Notes under the pieces: generated by a model
Seen by the model: only the letters and a program-made list of their open reading frames with translations
Database searches by the model: none
Told to the model about the DNA's origin: nothing
Position numbers and translations under genes: made by a program
NCBI RefSeq assembly: GCF_009914755.1
Contig: NC_060940.1
From: the human T2T-CHM13v2.0 reference genome, Homo sapiens
Reading direction: 5' to 3' (one strand)
DNA: 64,000 nt
In this document: positions 30,311-51,411 of the stretch, one piece after another
Layout: every line of letters begins with the position of its first letter
Numbering within the stretch: position 1 is the first letter of the stretch

Positions 30311-33255
30311 TACGCTGCTAGTCCACTAAGGTGGGGATCCACTGTAGTCATCTGCCATGGTTTAGTTACCTACCTCCTAGTGCTGGACACTTGGGTTACT
30401 TCCAGCTCTCCACCGCCACAAACAAAGCTACCACATGTCCTCATAAGGACCTGAGCAAGTTTCTGTGGAGTCCATGTCCAGGAGTTTGCAGGAACATAGA
30501 ATATAGGCATAGTTCATGTCTCTAAGTACAGCCAGATTGCACACTAGAGTGGCTGCAGTCCTTTATGCTCCTACTCACAGTTCATGAGGTTACCATTTCT
30601 GAAACCACAGTATATTTTAGCAGCTTAAAGCATGGACTCAAGTCAGATGGCTTGACTTGGAATCCAAGATGTATAAACTAGTAGGTGTTCAGGCTATTTG
30701 GCCGGACGCGGTGGCTCACACCTGTAATCCTAGCACTTGGGGAGGCCGAGGCAGGGGGATCACCTGAGGTTAGGAGTTGGAGACCAGACTGGCCAACATG
30801 GTGAAACCCCATCTCTACTAAAAATACAAAAAGTTAGCCAGGATGCATGCTTGTAATCCCAGCTACTCAGAAGGCTGAGGCAGGAGAATTGCTTGAACCC
30901 AGGAGGCAGAGGTTGCAGTGAGCTGAGATCGCACTATAGCACACCAGCCTGGGCGACAGAGTGAAAAAGACAAATCTCTATCTCCATTTTCTCATCTGCA
31001 AAATGGGAATAATAAAACCACCTGCTTCATAGATTTGTCAGGAAAATTACACAAAATATTACATATAAGGGGCTTGGAGCAGAGCCTGCACACATTATAT
31101 CCTGTGTAAGTATGATTGTGATGGTCCCTTATTAATATGCTTGCTAACCTAACACTGCGTATTACCCAACTTCCCAATTTTTATAGATCTTAGGACTGCA
31201 ATAGTATTCTGAAGTTACTTTGATAGAGCTTTCTCCCCACGGCCATGTTTATTGCCCCTTCTGTGAATTGCTACTTCTATCTTTTGCTCATCTTTTTTTC
31301 TATTGAGTTTCTTTTCTTTTTCTTGTTGATTTGCAGACATCCCTTGAATATTCAGGAAACAACTCCTGTTTCGGTTTTGTGTGGCAACTCTCTTCAGTCA
31401 GTCCCATCTGTCTGTTACTTTATCTGTGGGGAGCTTCGTGGAACAGAAATCCTCTATTTTGATGTAGACAAATCTATCCATTCTCCCCTATGGTTAGTGC
31501 TTTGTGAATCATATTTAAGAAGTCCTTCCCCAGCTTAAAGTCCCAAATCTATTCTCATACTTACACATCATTAGCTTTATATTTTCACCTTTCATATTAG
31601 ATCTTTTCATCCACTTCAAGTTTTTTATTTTTATTTGAGAGACAGGGTCTCACTCTGTCACTGAGGGTGCAGTGGTATGATCATAGCTCCCTGCAGCTTG
31701 ACCTCCCAGGCTCAAGCGATCCTCCCACCTCAGCCTCTCAAGTAGATGGAACTACAGACGTGCGCCACCACGCCTGGCTAATTTTTTGTAGAGACAAGTG
31801 TCTTGCTATGTTACCCAGGCTAGTCTCCCCACCTTAGACTCCCAAGTGCTAGGATTACAGGTGTGAGCCACCGCACTCAGCCTCCACTTCAAGTTTCAAG
31901 ACTTCTATCTATCTGCCGATTTTCAGCTCTGCACCTCCCTAGCCTTCTGTTGTCCCTCAAGTCCCCAAGCCTTGGGCCTGAATACACTTCTGGTCTGCGG
32001 CAGTTGGAGAATGGGCAGGAGCTGGGGTCTGGGAGGGGAGGTGGGTGTCCAACTCCTCTGTATGCGGTTGCTTAACTACTCCACTTGTTTTTGTTTGTTT
32101 TGAGACGGCGTCTCACTCTGTTGCCCAGGCTGGAGTACAGTGGCACAACCTCCGCTCACTGCAACCTCCCCCTCCCAGGTTCAAGTGATTCTCCTGCCTC
32201 AGCCTCCTGAGTAGCTTGGACTACAGGTGCACACCACCATGCCCGGCTAATTATTTTTAGTAGAGATGGGGTTTCACCGTGTTGGCCAGGCTGGTCTCAA
32301 ACTCCTGACTTCATGATCCGCCCACCTCAGCTTCCAAAAGTGTTAGGATTACAGGTGTGAGCCACTGCGCCCAGCCTACTCCACTTGTTTTTAGACCCTA
32401 GTATCGCTCTTGCCTTCTTGCTGTCCCCAAACCCTGAGTCTCTCAAGTGGTCTACTAGACAGAGTGGCTCATTTCTCATCGGCCTCCCGTGCAGTGCAGC
32501 TTCTTGCTCTGCTTCATCAATTACAATCCTCCACCTGCTGTCTGCCTTGTAAAACTATGTTGGCCATCCTCGTCTGCCACCTAGTCCTCCTATGTTCTCT
32601 TTGCCCTTGTAGGTTAAGACTTTTATAAAACTTTCACCTTGTTTGTGGTAAGAGACAGGAATTCACCTTTGTTTCCTCCAGACAGTCTTCATCTCCGGCC
32701 TCTGCAGCTCCCCTGCTCCAGGCTTTTGCATCAGATTAAATGGTACCATCCTCTTCCCAGTTTCTTAAGCCAAAAATGAAGACGTCATCCTTGACTTTGC
32801 TCTTTCTCTCATGCACCATTTCCAATCCACTGGCAAAATCATGTTAATTGCACCCCGAAGACAGCACGAGTCTTTCCATTTTCCACTGCATATGAAGTCA
32901 ACACCTAACCCAAAGCCATTGCCTCTCCTGGATGACCACGGTGCCTCCTAACCACCCTCCCTGCATCCCCTCCAGCTCCAGGGGACCCATGCTCCATGCT
33001 GCCTTTGCAGTGATCTTTCTTAGGTGTACCTCGGGTCACACCTCTCCTGTGCCTGAGCTTCCAGGGGCTTCCCACTGCTCTTGGAATGAAAACCCAAGCT
33101 CTTCATCGGGGCTCACGGGTCCCTGCATGACCTGGACCTGCACCAACCTATGGATCTCCTCTCATGCTGCCCCTGCTCAGCCACCCCAGCCTCAACCCAC
33201 TCTCAGAACAGGCCAGCCTCCTTCCCACTCAGATGGCTGCACTGGATGCTTCTAA

Positions 33256-33525
<270 letters not shown>

Positions 33526-34028
33526 TGAGTAGCTGGGATTACAGGCACCCACCACCACACCTGGCTAATTTTTGTATTTTTAGTAGAGACGAGGTTTCAC
33601 CATGTTGGCCAGGCTGGTCTCAAACTCCTGACCTCAGGTGATCTACCCGCCTCAGCCTCCCAAAGTGCTTGGATGACAGGCGTGAGACACTGCACCCGGC
33701 CTTCTGGCTCCTTCTTACCTTTCAGGTCATTAGGCTGAAACACCTCTTTTGAGTTGCTTTCCCTAAAATCCTATCCAAAGTAGACCCTTTCTCCTGCACT
33801 CTTCTCTGCCATATAATATTTATCAAGAGGCATCCTGTGCCCTTGGCAGAAAGCTGATGCTTAGGGGTGAGTACCACATATGGAGTGCAGGGACAGGATA
33901 ACAGTCAACATTTACCACTCAGGCTACTTCTCATGTACCCCACACACAGACATTCCAGATTTTAACCAGTGTGGACCAATGACAGAGAGTCAGCAGACCT
34001 TGACTATAAAATCCAAACGTTCAAATCA

Positions 34029-34166
<138 letters not shown>

Positions 34167-35042
34167 TCATTAGCCGTGTACATTCCAGCCTGGGTGACAA
34201 AGTGAGACCCTGTCTCAAAAAAACAAGACAAAATTTGCCAGGCATGGTGGCATGTGCGTATAGTCCCAGCTACTCGGGAGGCTGAGGTGGGAGGATTGCT
34301 TGAGCCCAGGAGTTTGAGGCTGCAGTGAGCCTAGATAGATCGCACCACTGCACTCCAGCCTGGGCAACAGAGCAAGACCCTGTCTCAAAAATAAATAAAT
34401 AACACAAAATAAAATCCAAAGGTTTGGGGGTGAAATGGATACCCTCCCAGAAGAAACAATGCTTCTGCACCCACAGCCCACCAGACCCCAGATACTTATG
34501 GGGAGGCCATCACAGAGGCGAGAGCTGTGTCCTAAGCCAGCCTCCGTGGGAGTCCTAGAGCTGCAGAGGCCGCCCTTCAGGCTAATTTGCTGCTGTAATA
34601 GCACCATCTACCCTGCTGCTCACCCTATAATTACACAGGAAACGGCCCCAAAATTGTCCTTGAGAGACTGGACATGACTCTTGCCAACCATGTTTGGCTG
34701 AAGGCCCAGACAAGAACTAATGACATCTCAAGGCAGAAAGCCGCAGTCGCAGACTGGGCCAGACCTGAGGGCCTGGGACCACTGGCACTGCTGGGCAAAT
34801 GATATCAGGCTGGAAACTGGGGTCTTGGGGAGGGATTAAAATTAATCCCACTTCCCAGTATTCTCTTTCCCCAAGAAGAGGAAGAAGGGCAATCAGCCTG
34901 TGTTCCTGGTTAGTATGATTTTATTGACCTACAGATAATCTCCCTGCCATGGCTCTTTCATGCATTAAAAATCATGGCCACATTCAGGAACCAGGGAATG
35001 GAAGGGATGCTAATCTGAGGACATTTAATCTGACCTAGCATG

Positions 35043-36536
<1,494 letters not shown>

Positions 36537-36622
36537 CTAACACAGATAGGAACAAGAACTCACTAGAGTAATCAAGAATAGGATACAGTGGGGTTTTCTT
36601 TCTTAATTTGGTGCCTAATTAA

Positions 36623-36987
<365 letters not shown>

Positions 36988-37315
36988 TAAGAAAGCAAAG
37001 CTAACCCATCCCACCTATTCCCCTTCCCCTACCCCACTCCATCCACCTACCCCCATCCCATGCCCCTCATCTTCCACCCTCTCCCAGCATAAGGAAGCCA
37101 GTCAGTGCTCTTAGGGAAGTCGGCACAATGAGGTTCATCTTGGCTAATGAGCTGGATGCGGTGGCTCATACCTGTAATCCCAGCACTTTGGGAGGCCAAG
37201 GCAGGCTGATCACCTGAGGTCAGGAGTTCAAGACCAGCCTGGCCACAATGGTGAAACCTCGTCTCTACTAAAAATACAAAAATTAGCCGGGCGTGGTGGC
37301 CTGCGCCTGTAGTTA

Positions 37316-37444
<129 letters not shown>

Positions 37445-37917
37445 TTAGATAATGAGCAAGAACTCCATTCTGAAATGTGTTTCTATTTTCTTCCTCCCAA
37501 GACCCCATCAGAATGGCAGTGAAGGAATATTAAAATTTTTCCATTTTGCTCTATCCAGTTGGCCCAATCTGAAGGGTAGCATCTGAGAGGTGGACCAGAG
37601 TTCAACACATTTCTAGGAGGTGTCAGGCAGGTGGAGTGGCCAGGCAGAGGAAGCCCTGGCCAAGAATTCAGGCAGAAAGAGCTTAACCAAGGAGGGCTCT
37701 GGTGAGCCCTGCAGAACCCGGAAAGGCTCAGGACTGAGAAAGGCAGAGGCAGCAGCAGTCAAGTTAGTTGAAAGTCAGTATAATAAAAACAGACAAGCCC
37801 CTTCAGGGCCTCTATGCACAGGCTGCCATCTGCAAGCTGCCCCTCTTCTGCCCCCAGGCACATCTATCAAAGGAGAGGAAGTTAACAGAGAGCAGATCAG
37901 CCATCTCTTCTTACTAG

Positions 37918-38154
<237 letters not shown>

Positions 38155-38247
38155 TAGTCTCGAACTCCTGACCTCGTGATCCACCTGCCTCAGACTCCCA
38201 AAGTGGTGGGATTACAGGCATGAGCCACTGCACCCAGCCCAAAATTA

Positions 38248-38442
<195 letters not shown>

Positions 38443-38445
38443 TCA

Positions 38446-38691
<246 letters not shown>

Positions 38692-40134
38692 TTAAAAATC
38701 AGCTGAGCAGGCCCAGCCACTTGGTAGGTTGAGTTGGGAGGATCACCTGAGCCCAGGATGTCAAGGCTGCAGTGAGCCATGATTGCGCCATTGCACTCCA
38801 GCCTGGATGACAGAGTGATACCCTGTCTCAAAAAAAAAAAAAAAAGAAAGAAAGAAAGAAAGAAAAAGAAATGAGCTCTGCAGAGCTTGCAAGAGACTGA
38901 GTACTTGGGGGCAGCAGGAAGCAGGAGTGAGGCAGAGAGCTGAAAACTGGGGCAGCTACAAGTTTCTCTACAAAAGGGTGGGACACCCAGGTCCTCTCCA
39001 AGCCCCACACAGCCTGGCTACCTGCCCGCTCCCAGCTGCAGGAGACGAGAGATGGAGTCAAGCTCCAAGACTGAGGACCTGAGTCAAAGCTGCAGGCTGG
39101 GAGAAGGAGCAGGGGAGGAAAGCAGGAGAAAAGGTAAGGCTGGGGGCCTGGGCTCTGAAAGCTCGGTTCCTTCCTGCTGTCTGTCCCCAGGAAATCTACA
39201 TGCAGGCGTACCCTGGCTCAGGCACGTCCTCCTCCCCAGGCAGGAGACCGGAGGAGTCATCTCTAGAGAAACCAGTCACCCTGGAATAGACAGCCCCGAA
39301 CAGTAACATCTGGGGCCTCAGTGAAGAGGCTCACTTGCCACCCGATCCCTTTACAGCAAAGGCCAGCAGGTGAGAGACCCACCCCTGTGATGTCTTCCAT
39401 GGAAACAGGAGGAGGCAAACATGTTGCCTAAGGAGCTGCTCTTTCACCGGCTCTCCTGTGCTCCTTTGCTCTTTCCTGCCTAATGCTTCTGCAGCTACCC
39501 GCTCCTGTCCATCGGGGCATCCACACTTCTACGGTCTGATCTTCGAATGGCAGTTTGGGACTCTGGCCTGGGTAACCTAGGAAGATCACACAGACCCTGT
39601 TCAGAACCCATGAAGTGGGTTTGGCTTGGTGAGTTTCCATCTCCTTAGTCGTTTGTTCTCGAAGCCATAGCCCAGGTGCACAGCAGCGGCAGTTTGCCTT
39701 TGTCTCTGTTTGCTGGTTTGCATGAAACGGGAGGAAGCAGTGAGCTGGCCCTGTCCCCTCTATGCTGGAGTTTATTCAGACCCCTTCAGCCCACAGCAGC
39801 TGAACTCTCAGCCCGATTGCCAGGCCCCACATGCAACAAGCCCACAGCTTCATTCTCGTCCCACGTTTTGCGCTTTTGCTGTGTTTCTGGCGTGTGGAAT
39901 TCTTTATCTTGTTTTTGAACCAGTTCTTTTGTTTTTTTCTCTTCTTGTAGTTTGTTTCTTTATTTGGAGCAGAGACATGATCAATTCACAAATTCACTGT
40001 GCTATTTTGACAGAACCCCATGTTTTGAATTCAAATCATTTTTTTACACCAAAAGAACAAACACAGCTAGTAGAGTAGTTAATTCTATGTTTGGGGCAAG
40101 AGAACTAAAGATGGGAATAGAGTATCTTGTAAGC

Positions 40135-40514
40135 CAGTGGTCCCCAACCTTTTTGGCACCAGGGACCGGTTGGTTTCATGGAAGACAATTTTTCCGCAGA
40201 TTGGGACGGGGGTATGGTTTCAGGATGAAACTGTTCCACCTCAGATCATCAGGCATTAGATTCTTACAAGGGGTGTGCAACCTAGATCCCACACACGCGG
40301 AATTCACAATTGGGTTCATGCTCCCATATGAGAATCTAACAAGGCTGCTAATCCGACAGGAGGCAGAGCTCAGGTGGTAATGTGAGCAACGGGGAGCAGC
40401 TGTAAACATAGATGGAGTTTCGCTCACTCAACTGCTGCTCACCTGCTGTGCAGGCCAGTTCCTAACAGGCCACGGACTCACACTGGTCTGTGGCTCAGGG
40501 GTTGGGGACCCCTG
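40135..40514. mobile_element. MER1 (hAT-Charlie) non-autonomous DNA transposon
   Basis: TIRs CAGTGGTCCCCAACC / GGTTGGGGACCCCTG; internal ttcatggaagacaatttttcc, cacctcagatcatcaggcattagattc. Confidence 0.88.
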
Positions 40515-40599
40515 TGGTAGACCATCAAATATACTGAGGAAAATAGCACCGGAGTCCAACTAAAGAGACCAAAATTATAGCAAGCATCAAAAAGAAAAC

Positions 40600-42050
<1,451 letters not shown>

Positions 42051-42273
42051 CAGCACTAGTGGCACTTGGGGACTCCAGCCCAGCTCCTGTCACAAGCAAC
42101 TGGCCACCAGGTCTGGACCCACATCCTTTGCTCTTGGCCTACTGAGGTCATTCAGTTTTGCTCATCTCCCACAACCTGGAAACCCAAGGGGGCAGGCTGT
42201 GCAGTTCATCCTGGAAGAATAATAGAAGAGCAGCTGTCGTGCATGGAAAGATCGTGCAATGGGTCAAGTATTT

Positions 42274-42866
42274 AATTAATTATTTTTTGAGACAGGGCCT
42301 TGATCTGTCACGCAGGCTGGAGTGCAGTGGCGCAATCATGGCTCATTGCAGTCTTGAACTTCTGGGCTGAAGCGATCCTTTCACCTCAGCCTCCCGGGTA
42401 ACTGGGACTATAGGCACGTACCACTCTACCTGGCTAATTTTTTGATTTTTGGTAGAGACGGGGTCTCCCTAAGTTGCCCAGGCTTGTCTTGAACTCCTGG
42501 GCTCAAGCGATCCTCCTGCCTCAGCCTCCCAAAGTGCTGGGATTACAGGTGTGAGCTACTGCGCCTGATCTGTTAATTTATTTTTTGAGACAGGGCCTTG
42601 ATCTGTCACCCAGGCTGGAGTGCGGTGGCACGATCACGGCTCATTGCAGTCTTGAACTTCTGGGCTGAAGCGATCCTTTCACCTCTGCCTCCCGGGTAGC
42701 TGGGACTACAGGCACGCACCACTATACCTGGCTAATTTTTTTATTTTTGGTAGAGACGGGGGTCTCCCTAAGTTGCCCAGGCTGGTCTTGAACTCCTGGG
42801 CTCAAGCGATCCTCCCACCTTGGCCTCCCAGTGTTGGGATTACAGGCGTGAACCACCATGCCAGTC
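42274..42866 (-). mobile_element. Tandem AluJ-like pair sharing private variants
   Basis: Two copies inside a single TSD tgggtcaagtattt (42260-42273, 42867-42880). Confidence 0.9.
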
Positions 42867-43361
42867 TGGGTCAAGTATTTTATATTCATTACTTGAGTTT
42901 CATAACAACCCTATAAAGTAGGCATCACTGTCCATTTTAAAACAAGTAAACAGAGGCCTAGGAAAGGTAACCACCCAAGGTCGTATACACCAAGGAAGAG
43001 GCAATGCTGGCATTCAGACCCAGGCCAGTAAACCCAAAGCCCCATGCCCTTGACCCACCACAACAATCTGGGATTCTGAGGGGCTTGAGTCAGGTGACAC
43101 CCCAGATCTAAGCATCTGAAGGTCCCTAACTGTGGAGCCTTTCATGAGAACAAGCCACTGGAGGGTAAGCACACGTCGCTCTTCTCAAGGGAGGGTGTAC
43201 TAAAGGAGCCTCATCTCACTCCCCCTGTGCCATGGAGGCCACACCAGGTGAGCACCCTTGGGAGGGAGACGCATAGCCTGACTGGGGTGCTAATGGGTCC
43301 CCGGCACTGGGTTCTCCACATGAACAGTTGTGTGAATCCAGGAGGCTCAGATCACGTGCCA

Positions 43362-43377
43362 CAGCGCCACCTACTGG
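43362..43377 (-). promoter_or_regulatory. Candidate CTCF site (reverse)
   Basis: CAGCGCCACCTACTGG = CCAGTAGGTGGCGCTG on -, near-perfect consensus; E-box CACGTG at 43353-43358. Confidence 0.75.
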
Positions 43378-43556
43378 CCTGTGAACAACAACAGCATCCT
43401 GTTGTAAAGTCGGCAAACAATCATTTAAAAATTTTCAGGCCAGGCGCGGTGGCTCACGCCTGTAATCCCAGCACTTTGGGAGGCTGAGGTGGGCAGATCA
43501 TAAGGTCAGGAGATCGAGACCATCCTGGCCAACATGGTGAAACCCCGTATCTACTA

Positions 43557-44064
<508 letters not shown>

Positions 44065-44394
44065 TAAAAGACATTTTAAAGATTTTGCCCTCCACTTTTT
44101 GCCCATTCATTTAATCACCTGTTAAACACCAAACACCACGTGAGGTGTTGGAGTTTGGGAGAATTCGAGTCTTTCTCAGAGGGACTTACAGAACGAGCAG
44201 GGCAGATAACCAAATAAAGACACATCAGAAACGGGTGTGTGAGAACCCCAAAGGGGCCATTCTCTTGGGGAAGGAAAGGCTCCACTGTGGGATGATGGTG
44301 GTCTTGGGCTGAGCTTTTGAAACACAGGAGGGGCCAGGCGCCGTGGCTCACGCCTGTAATCCCAGCACTTTGGGAGGCTGAGGTGGGTGGATCA

Positions 44395-44592
<198 letters not shown>

Positions 44593-44899
44593 CTAAGCAA
44601 GAAGAACGAAACTCCGTCTCAATCAATCAATCAAATGAAAGACAGGAGGTCTCTGTCAGGACAACTTGGGGGAGTGGGGGTTCATGTGATCCTCAATTCG
44701 CGACTTTCCACAAGCACAGGGGAGGGCTGCCAGGATGCATTTTAGTGAGCAAATATGGGAGTGGGAAACCTCAGTGTGACTGGAAAGCAGGATTCGAGGT
44801 GAGATCCAGCTGTGGATGGGGAGCACGCACTCGGCTGCAGGACCCACATCACACGCAGTGCAGGCCGCAGCCCTGGGGCAGCGTGGCCTGCCACACCCT

Positions 44900-45330
44900 G
44901 GAGACCCTGGCTGGCCAGGCTATGGACTGAGAGCTTGGTCTCACGACAAAGGGGAGTCCCTTGAGGGTTTCAAGGCAGTGAGTAAAGTGACCTCCCGTTT
45001 TAAAAAGACAACCCTGCAGAGGGAGGGGGGATGACATGAGAAGCAGGAAAATCAGTAAGAGATTGTTCTCGAAGTCAGGGCTGACAACCCTCTCTGCCAC
45101 AGCAGCAGTGGTGGGGACAGTGAGGTCCGAACAGAGGAGAGGCACTGAGGAGACAGCCCTGTGAGGCTGGGTAATGAGCGGGAGGTGGAGGGAGAGGTGA
45201 GTGGGGAGACCAGGTGAGTCCCAGGTTTCTGGCGTGGTTGACTATTCCTGGAACTGGAATAGAAGGGGCTGATTTAGAAGACAAGATGAAGAGATTGTTG
45301 TAAACATGTTAACCTATGAGATTCTCAAAA
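44900..45330 (+). mobile_element. L2 fragment
   Basis: gagggtttcaaggcag..gagaagcagg..tcagtaagagattg..tcccaggtttctggc..aaacatgttaa L2-like motifs. Confidence 0.5.
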
Positions 45331-45362
45331 GTACAAATACTTAAAAAAAAAAAAAAAAACTA

Positions 45363-46166
<804 letters not shown>

Positions 46167-46314
46167 CTATTCAAAAAAACTCATATAACTTAGTTAAAAA
46201 TGGTCAAATCTCTTCAATGCAGCCTACCTCAGTTCCCAAGGCCCAATCAGATACAGCTCTCCAAACCTGCCAGTGCTGGTGAACGCGCTGCTGGGAGCAC
46301 TGGCACCCCACAGT

Positions 46315-46345
46315 GGGGGAGGGGAGGGGAGGGGAGGGGAGGGGG
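46315..46345 (+). repeat. (GGGGA)n tract, G-quadruplex-forming
   Basis: gggggaggggaggggaggggaggggaggggg: six runs of 4 or more G with 1-nt loops. Confidence 0.9.
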
Positions 46346-46354
46346 CCCTCTCAC

Positions 46355-46444
46355 CTCTATGGGGATGTAGAGCATGAATCCTGGCTCTCCTGTGTGCGTC
46401 ATGCTCATCACCCGGATCCCATTTGCATAGCCCACGCTCATCTC
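46355..46444 (-). pseudogene. PDPR-like exon (90 nt), last PDPR exon present
   Basis: EMSVGYANGIRVMSMTHTGEPGFMLYIPIE (TGE-x-G-F motif of the GcvT/folate-binding fold); gcag| ... |gtgaga. Confidence 0.95.
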
Positions 46445-47600
46445 CTGCAGGGACAAAGGCAGCAGTCAGCCTGGGCACTCACATTGCTTGTCAAGGGAGG
46501 GACGCCTGGGGAAACCTTTCATTAGTGCTGCACCCTCTGTTTACTGTTGAGGGAGACAGACGTCAAGGCAAGAATTTCATCCCAAAAGTGGTTAACTTCC
46601 AGGTCCTGAGGCACCGAGAATGGAGCACTGCCTATGTGACATCTCTGCTTGCTACTGTTACCATCTCAGGAGTTTTAGCCAAGCTGATGGTAGAGAGTGG
46701 AGGAAAGTCCTTGACAAGCACAAAATATTCCTCTTTGCCAGGTCCTTATGTTAGTCGAGGGTAGCAGGCACAATGAGGACAAGGCGAGTGTCTTCTCTGG
46801 GGGAATCGGCAGACAAACCCTGGCCACCTGCCATACAAAAGATGATGCCCGATGCCCACAGACATAATTAATCTGCTATCCTGGGGTCAAAGATGGGCTT
46901 CTGATTCTCAGAACATGTTACATAGCAGCTCAGTTCCCTAACAGCGGCCACTGACGCAATCACTGTTCCTATAAAGGAAAGTGGAAAGTCCTGGACAGCA
47001 CCGAAGTGAACCGCTTCCACAGGAGGCTGACAGGATGCAGCACTCGCCAGGTGTTGAGCGTATGGGTCACTCCTCCAAGCAGCAGAGCAAACGCTGGGAG
47101 GGGTCCACTGATGGCTAACAGTGGAAAGTTTTCTGTTGCTTTCACTTTGCCTCGGAGAAGAAGGAAAACTGTGAAACAATTTGTAGGTGGATCCCACTTT
47201 GGGTGAACTTCAAAGAGTCTCCATCAGTAACCGCCTGGAAGTTGCTCGTTACAGGTGGCCAAGATGTCTGTCCGTTTGGCCCTCTCTAATCAGCAGCTTC
47301 CTGGGGAGGATTCCGTTGTCATTGCTTTCATTCGGTTACAGTTTGTTTCACTCAGCTGTGGTTGCCACTTATAGGAAAGAAAATTATGTAGGAAGTTCAG
47401 AGATTCACCTACGCCATTTCTTCCCTGAAGATGCCACAGACACAGAAGTTACTCTGTGTACAGAAAAGAGGCCACACTGCATGGAGAGAAGGGACCTAAC
47501 TTCGAAAGGCATTTTTGTGTGTCATAATCCTGTAACTTCAAATTTTAATCCAGTGCTACAGAAACCAAAAAGCATAAAGACTTTACATTTAGAGAAGCTA

Positions 47601-48248
<648 letters not shown>

Positions 48249-48257
48249 TAGGCGTGA

Positions 48258-48419
<162 letters not shown>

Positions 48420-48679
48420 TGAGACCATACCCAGCTAATTTTTGTATTTTTAACAGAGACAGGGTCTCACCATGTTGGCCAGGCTGGTCTCAAACTCCTG
48501 ACTTTGGGTGATCCACCTGCCTCGGCCTCCCAAAGTGCTAGGATTACAGGCATGTGCCACCTCACCCAGCCAAGACACTCTTTGTGGATGTTAACACCAT
48601 AGTAAGAATATGTAACTGCCACCGCTATGAAAGACACATTCTCTGCCCATTTAAGAAACAGAACTTTATCAGCACTCAC

Positions 48680-48774
48680 CTTGCAAAAGAGGCTTGGGAA
48701 GTGGTCTGGAGTCATAGGGGCATAGGACAACTCAGACAGCACATCCACAGCTCGAGGGCCAATCAGATTGAGGG
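48680..48774 (-). pseudogene. PDPR-like exon (95 nt)
   Basis: [31 protein letters not shown]; tttag| ... |gtgagt. Confidence 0.95.
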
Positions 48775-49673
48775 CTAAATGGAAAAGAACAAGAGATGTC
48801 CAGCTCTCCTTCTGAACAGCTGAGCCAATGGGAAAGGTCTACTGCAGACTTGCTCAGCTATAGCCAGGCCTGGGTGCAGAGACCAGGAATATGTCCCTTT
48901 GCTTAGACACTCCAAGGATGGATGCTAAGCACCCCGATTCTGGCGAATACACCTCTGCCAACAGGGCCTGCTGAACGCAGCAGGGCTGGCCATAACCACC
49001 CCACACAATTCCCGTTCTCCTCCTTTTCCCAGCAAGGCTATGTGATGGAAGAAGCCCCAACCCCAAATCAGTACCCGGTGGAGATCTGCCCAACCAAAAA
49101 GTATACAGACTTTAAATTCAGAGAAGCTAAATCCACTTCAAACATATCCTAATGCTTACTAGATAAGGAAAGCATTATTCTGGACACCAGTGTTTGTGAC
49201 ATCAGCTTGTGCTAATTACATGTCATCCATCCTAAGAGAAGCGAGAACATGACTTTTGTTCAGTAACATTCTGTAGTATCCCAATCCAGGAGCAGGACGT
49301 ATATCATATTTGCTACTACAAGGAATTGAGAATGAGAGCCTGGGAGAGCAAACGCTGGTGGGGCCAAGGGGCAAGATCAGTTAGGTGGGAAGGTGGGAGG
49401 GGTTAAGCCAAGACTGCTGAGGTTGAGAAAATCAGGGAACCAAGTCATCCTTAAAAATTAGGTACTCACGGGGGCTGGGCGTGGTGGCTCATGCCTGTAA
49501 TCCCAGCACTTTGGGAGGCCGAAGCAGGTGGATCATGAGGTCAAGAGTTCAAGACCAGCCTGGCCAACATGGTGAAACCCCATCTCTACTAAAAATACAG
49601 AAATTAGCCCAGCGTGGTGGCGGCCGCCTGTAATCCCAGCTACTTGGTAGGCTGAAGCAGAAGAATCGCTTGA

Positions 49674-49916
<243 letters not shown>

Positions 49917-49919
49917 TAA

Positions 49920-50171
<252 letters not shown>

Positions 50172-50381
50172 TAGTAGTGATCCTCCCACCTCGGCCTCCA
50201 AAAGTGCTGGGATTACAGGCGTCAGCCACCGCATCCCCTAGAGATCAATTTTCTATGACCAGAGAGCCTCTTTTATGCTAACTCTAATGTTCATTTTTGA
50301 GAGTCAAATGTAAAGAAGGCAAACGTGGACACATCTGCATCTGCTGGCCTTTTCGACGTGGCAGAGCCCGAACCCCCGTAC

Positions 50382-50494
50382 CTGTGTACTTCCAGGTGAC
50401 GTCCTCCAGGAGCAGGTTGCTGTCTTTCGGCATGTGTTTCTTAAGCCAGGCCCAACAGTGGACCTGCTGGTCGGTTGGAGAGATCATGAAGAAA
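50382..50494 (-). pseudogene. PDPR-like exon (113 nt)
   Basis: FFMISPTDQQVHCWAWLKKHMPKDSNLLLEDVTWKYT; ttcag| ... G|gtacgg. Confidence 0.95.
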
Positions 50495-51262
50495 CTGAAA
50501 AGTGAGACCCCAAAATAATCAAAACCAGGTAGCAGCAAAAGGATCAGGAAGCAATCAAATCTTATTTGGTTTCAAAGCAATGAGGCAAATACTAGGAAAT
50601 GATTTCTTAGCTTTCACAGAAGGCCAGTAGCACCATTCTAGGATACACCACCTAACAACAAAACAAAATTCTGGCTTCCTGTTAATGCCAAGAAATTATA
50701 CAGATTTACTAACGTTAAGACATCGGCTGGGCACAGTGGCTCACGCCTGTAATCCCAGCACTTTGGAGGCCAAGGTGGGCAGATTGCTTGAGCTCAGGTG
50801 TTCAAGATCAGCCTGGGCAATGTGACAAAACCCTATCTCTACAAAATATACAAAAACTGGCTGGGTGTGGTGGCGTGTACCTGTGGTCCCAGCTACCTGG
50901 AAAGCTGAGGTGGGAGGATCACTTGAGCCCAGGAGGTCGAGGCTGCAGGGATCCATGATTGCATCACTGCACTCCAGCCTGGGTAACAAAGTGAGACCCT
51001 GTCTCAGAAAAAAAAAAAAAAAAAAAAAAAAAGACAAGGCATCTTCTCCCAGTAGGGTACATAATCTGGTGGGCTTTTTTTTCTTTTCCTCCTGGTGATT
51101 TCTTTTGTTTAGGACTGCTAATAAACTGGCTTTGATTTCATGTAATGATTCTTAGTCCCTGGGATTTATGGTTCGTGGAGAAGCGCCTGAGAGCCTCTGC
51201 TACAGTACCCCTAAGGAATCAACATGTTGGAGGAAGCAGAGCGGGACGGCAGCTCATCTCAC

Positions 51263-51411
51263 CTGCGCTTGTTCAGTCGTGCTATGCTGCAGTCATTTTC
51301 ATACCCTCCACCCTCGTTGAGCATGCCAGTATGCACAATGTGGCCCACAGGCACATCCAGGTCATTGGAGAAGAGGTACTGTAGAACTTCTAATGCCTGA
51401 TCCCCAGTGGT
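51263..51411 (-). pseudogene. PDPR-like exon (149 nt)
   Basis: TTGDQALEVLQYLFSNDLDVPVGHIVHTGMLNEGGGYENDCSIARLNKR (GcvT-like); gcag| ... AG|gtgaga. Confidence 0.95.
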
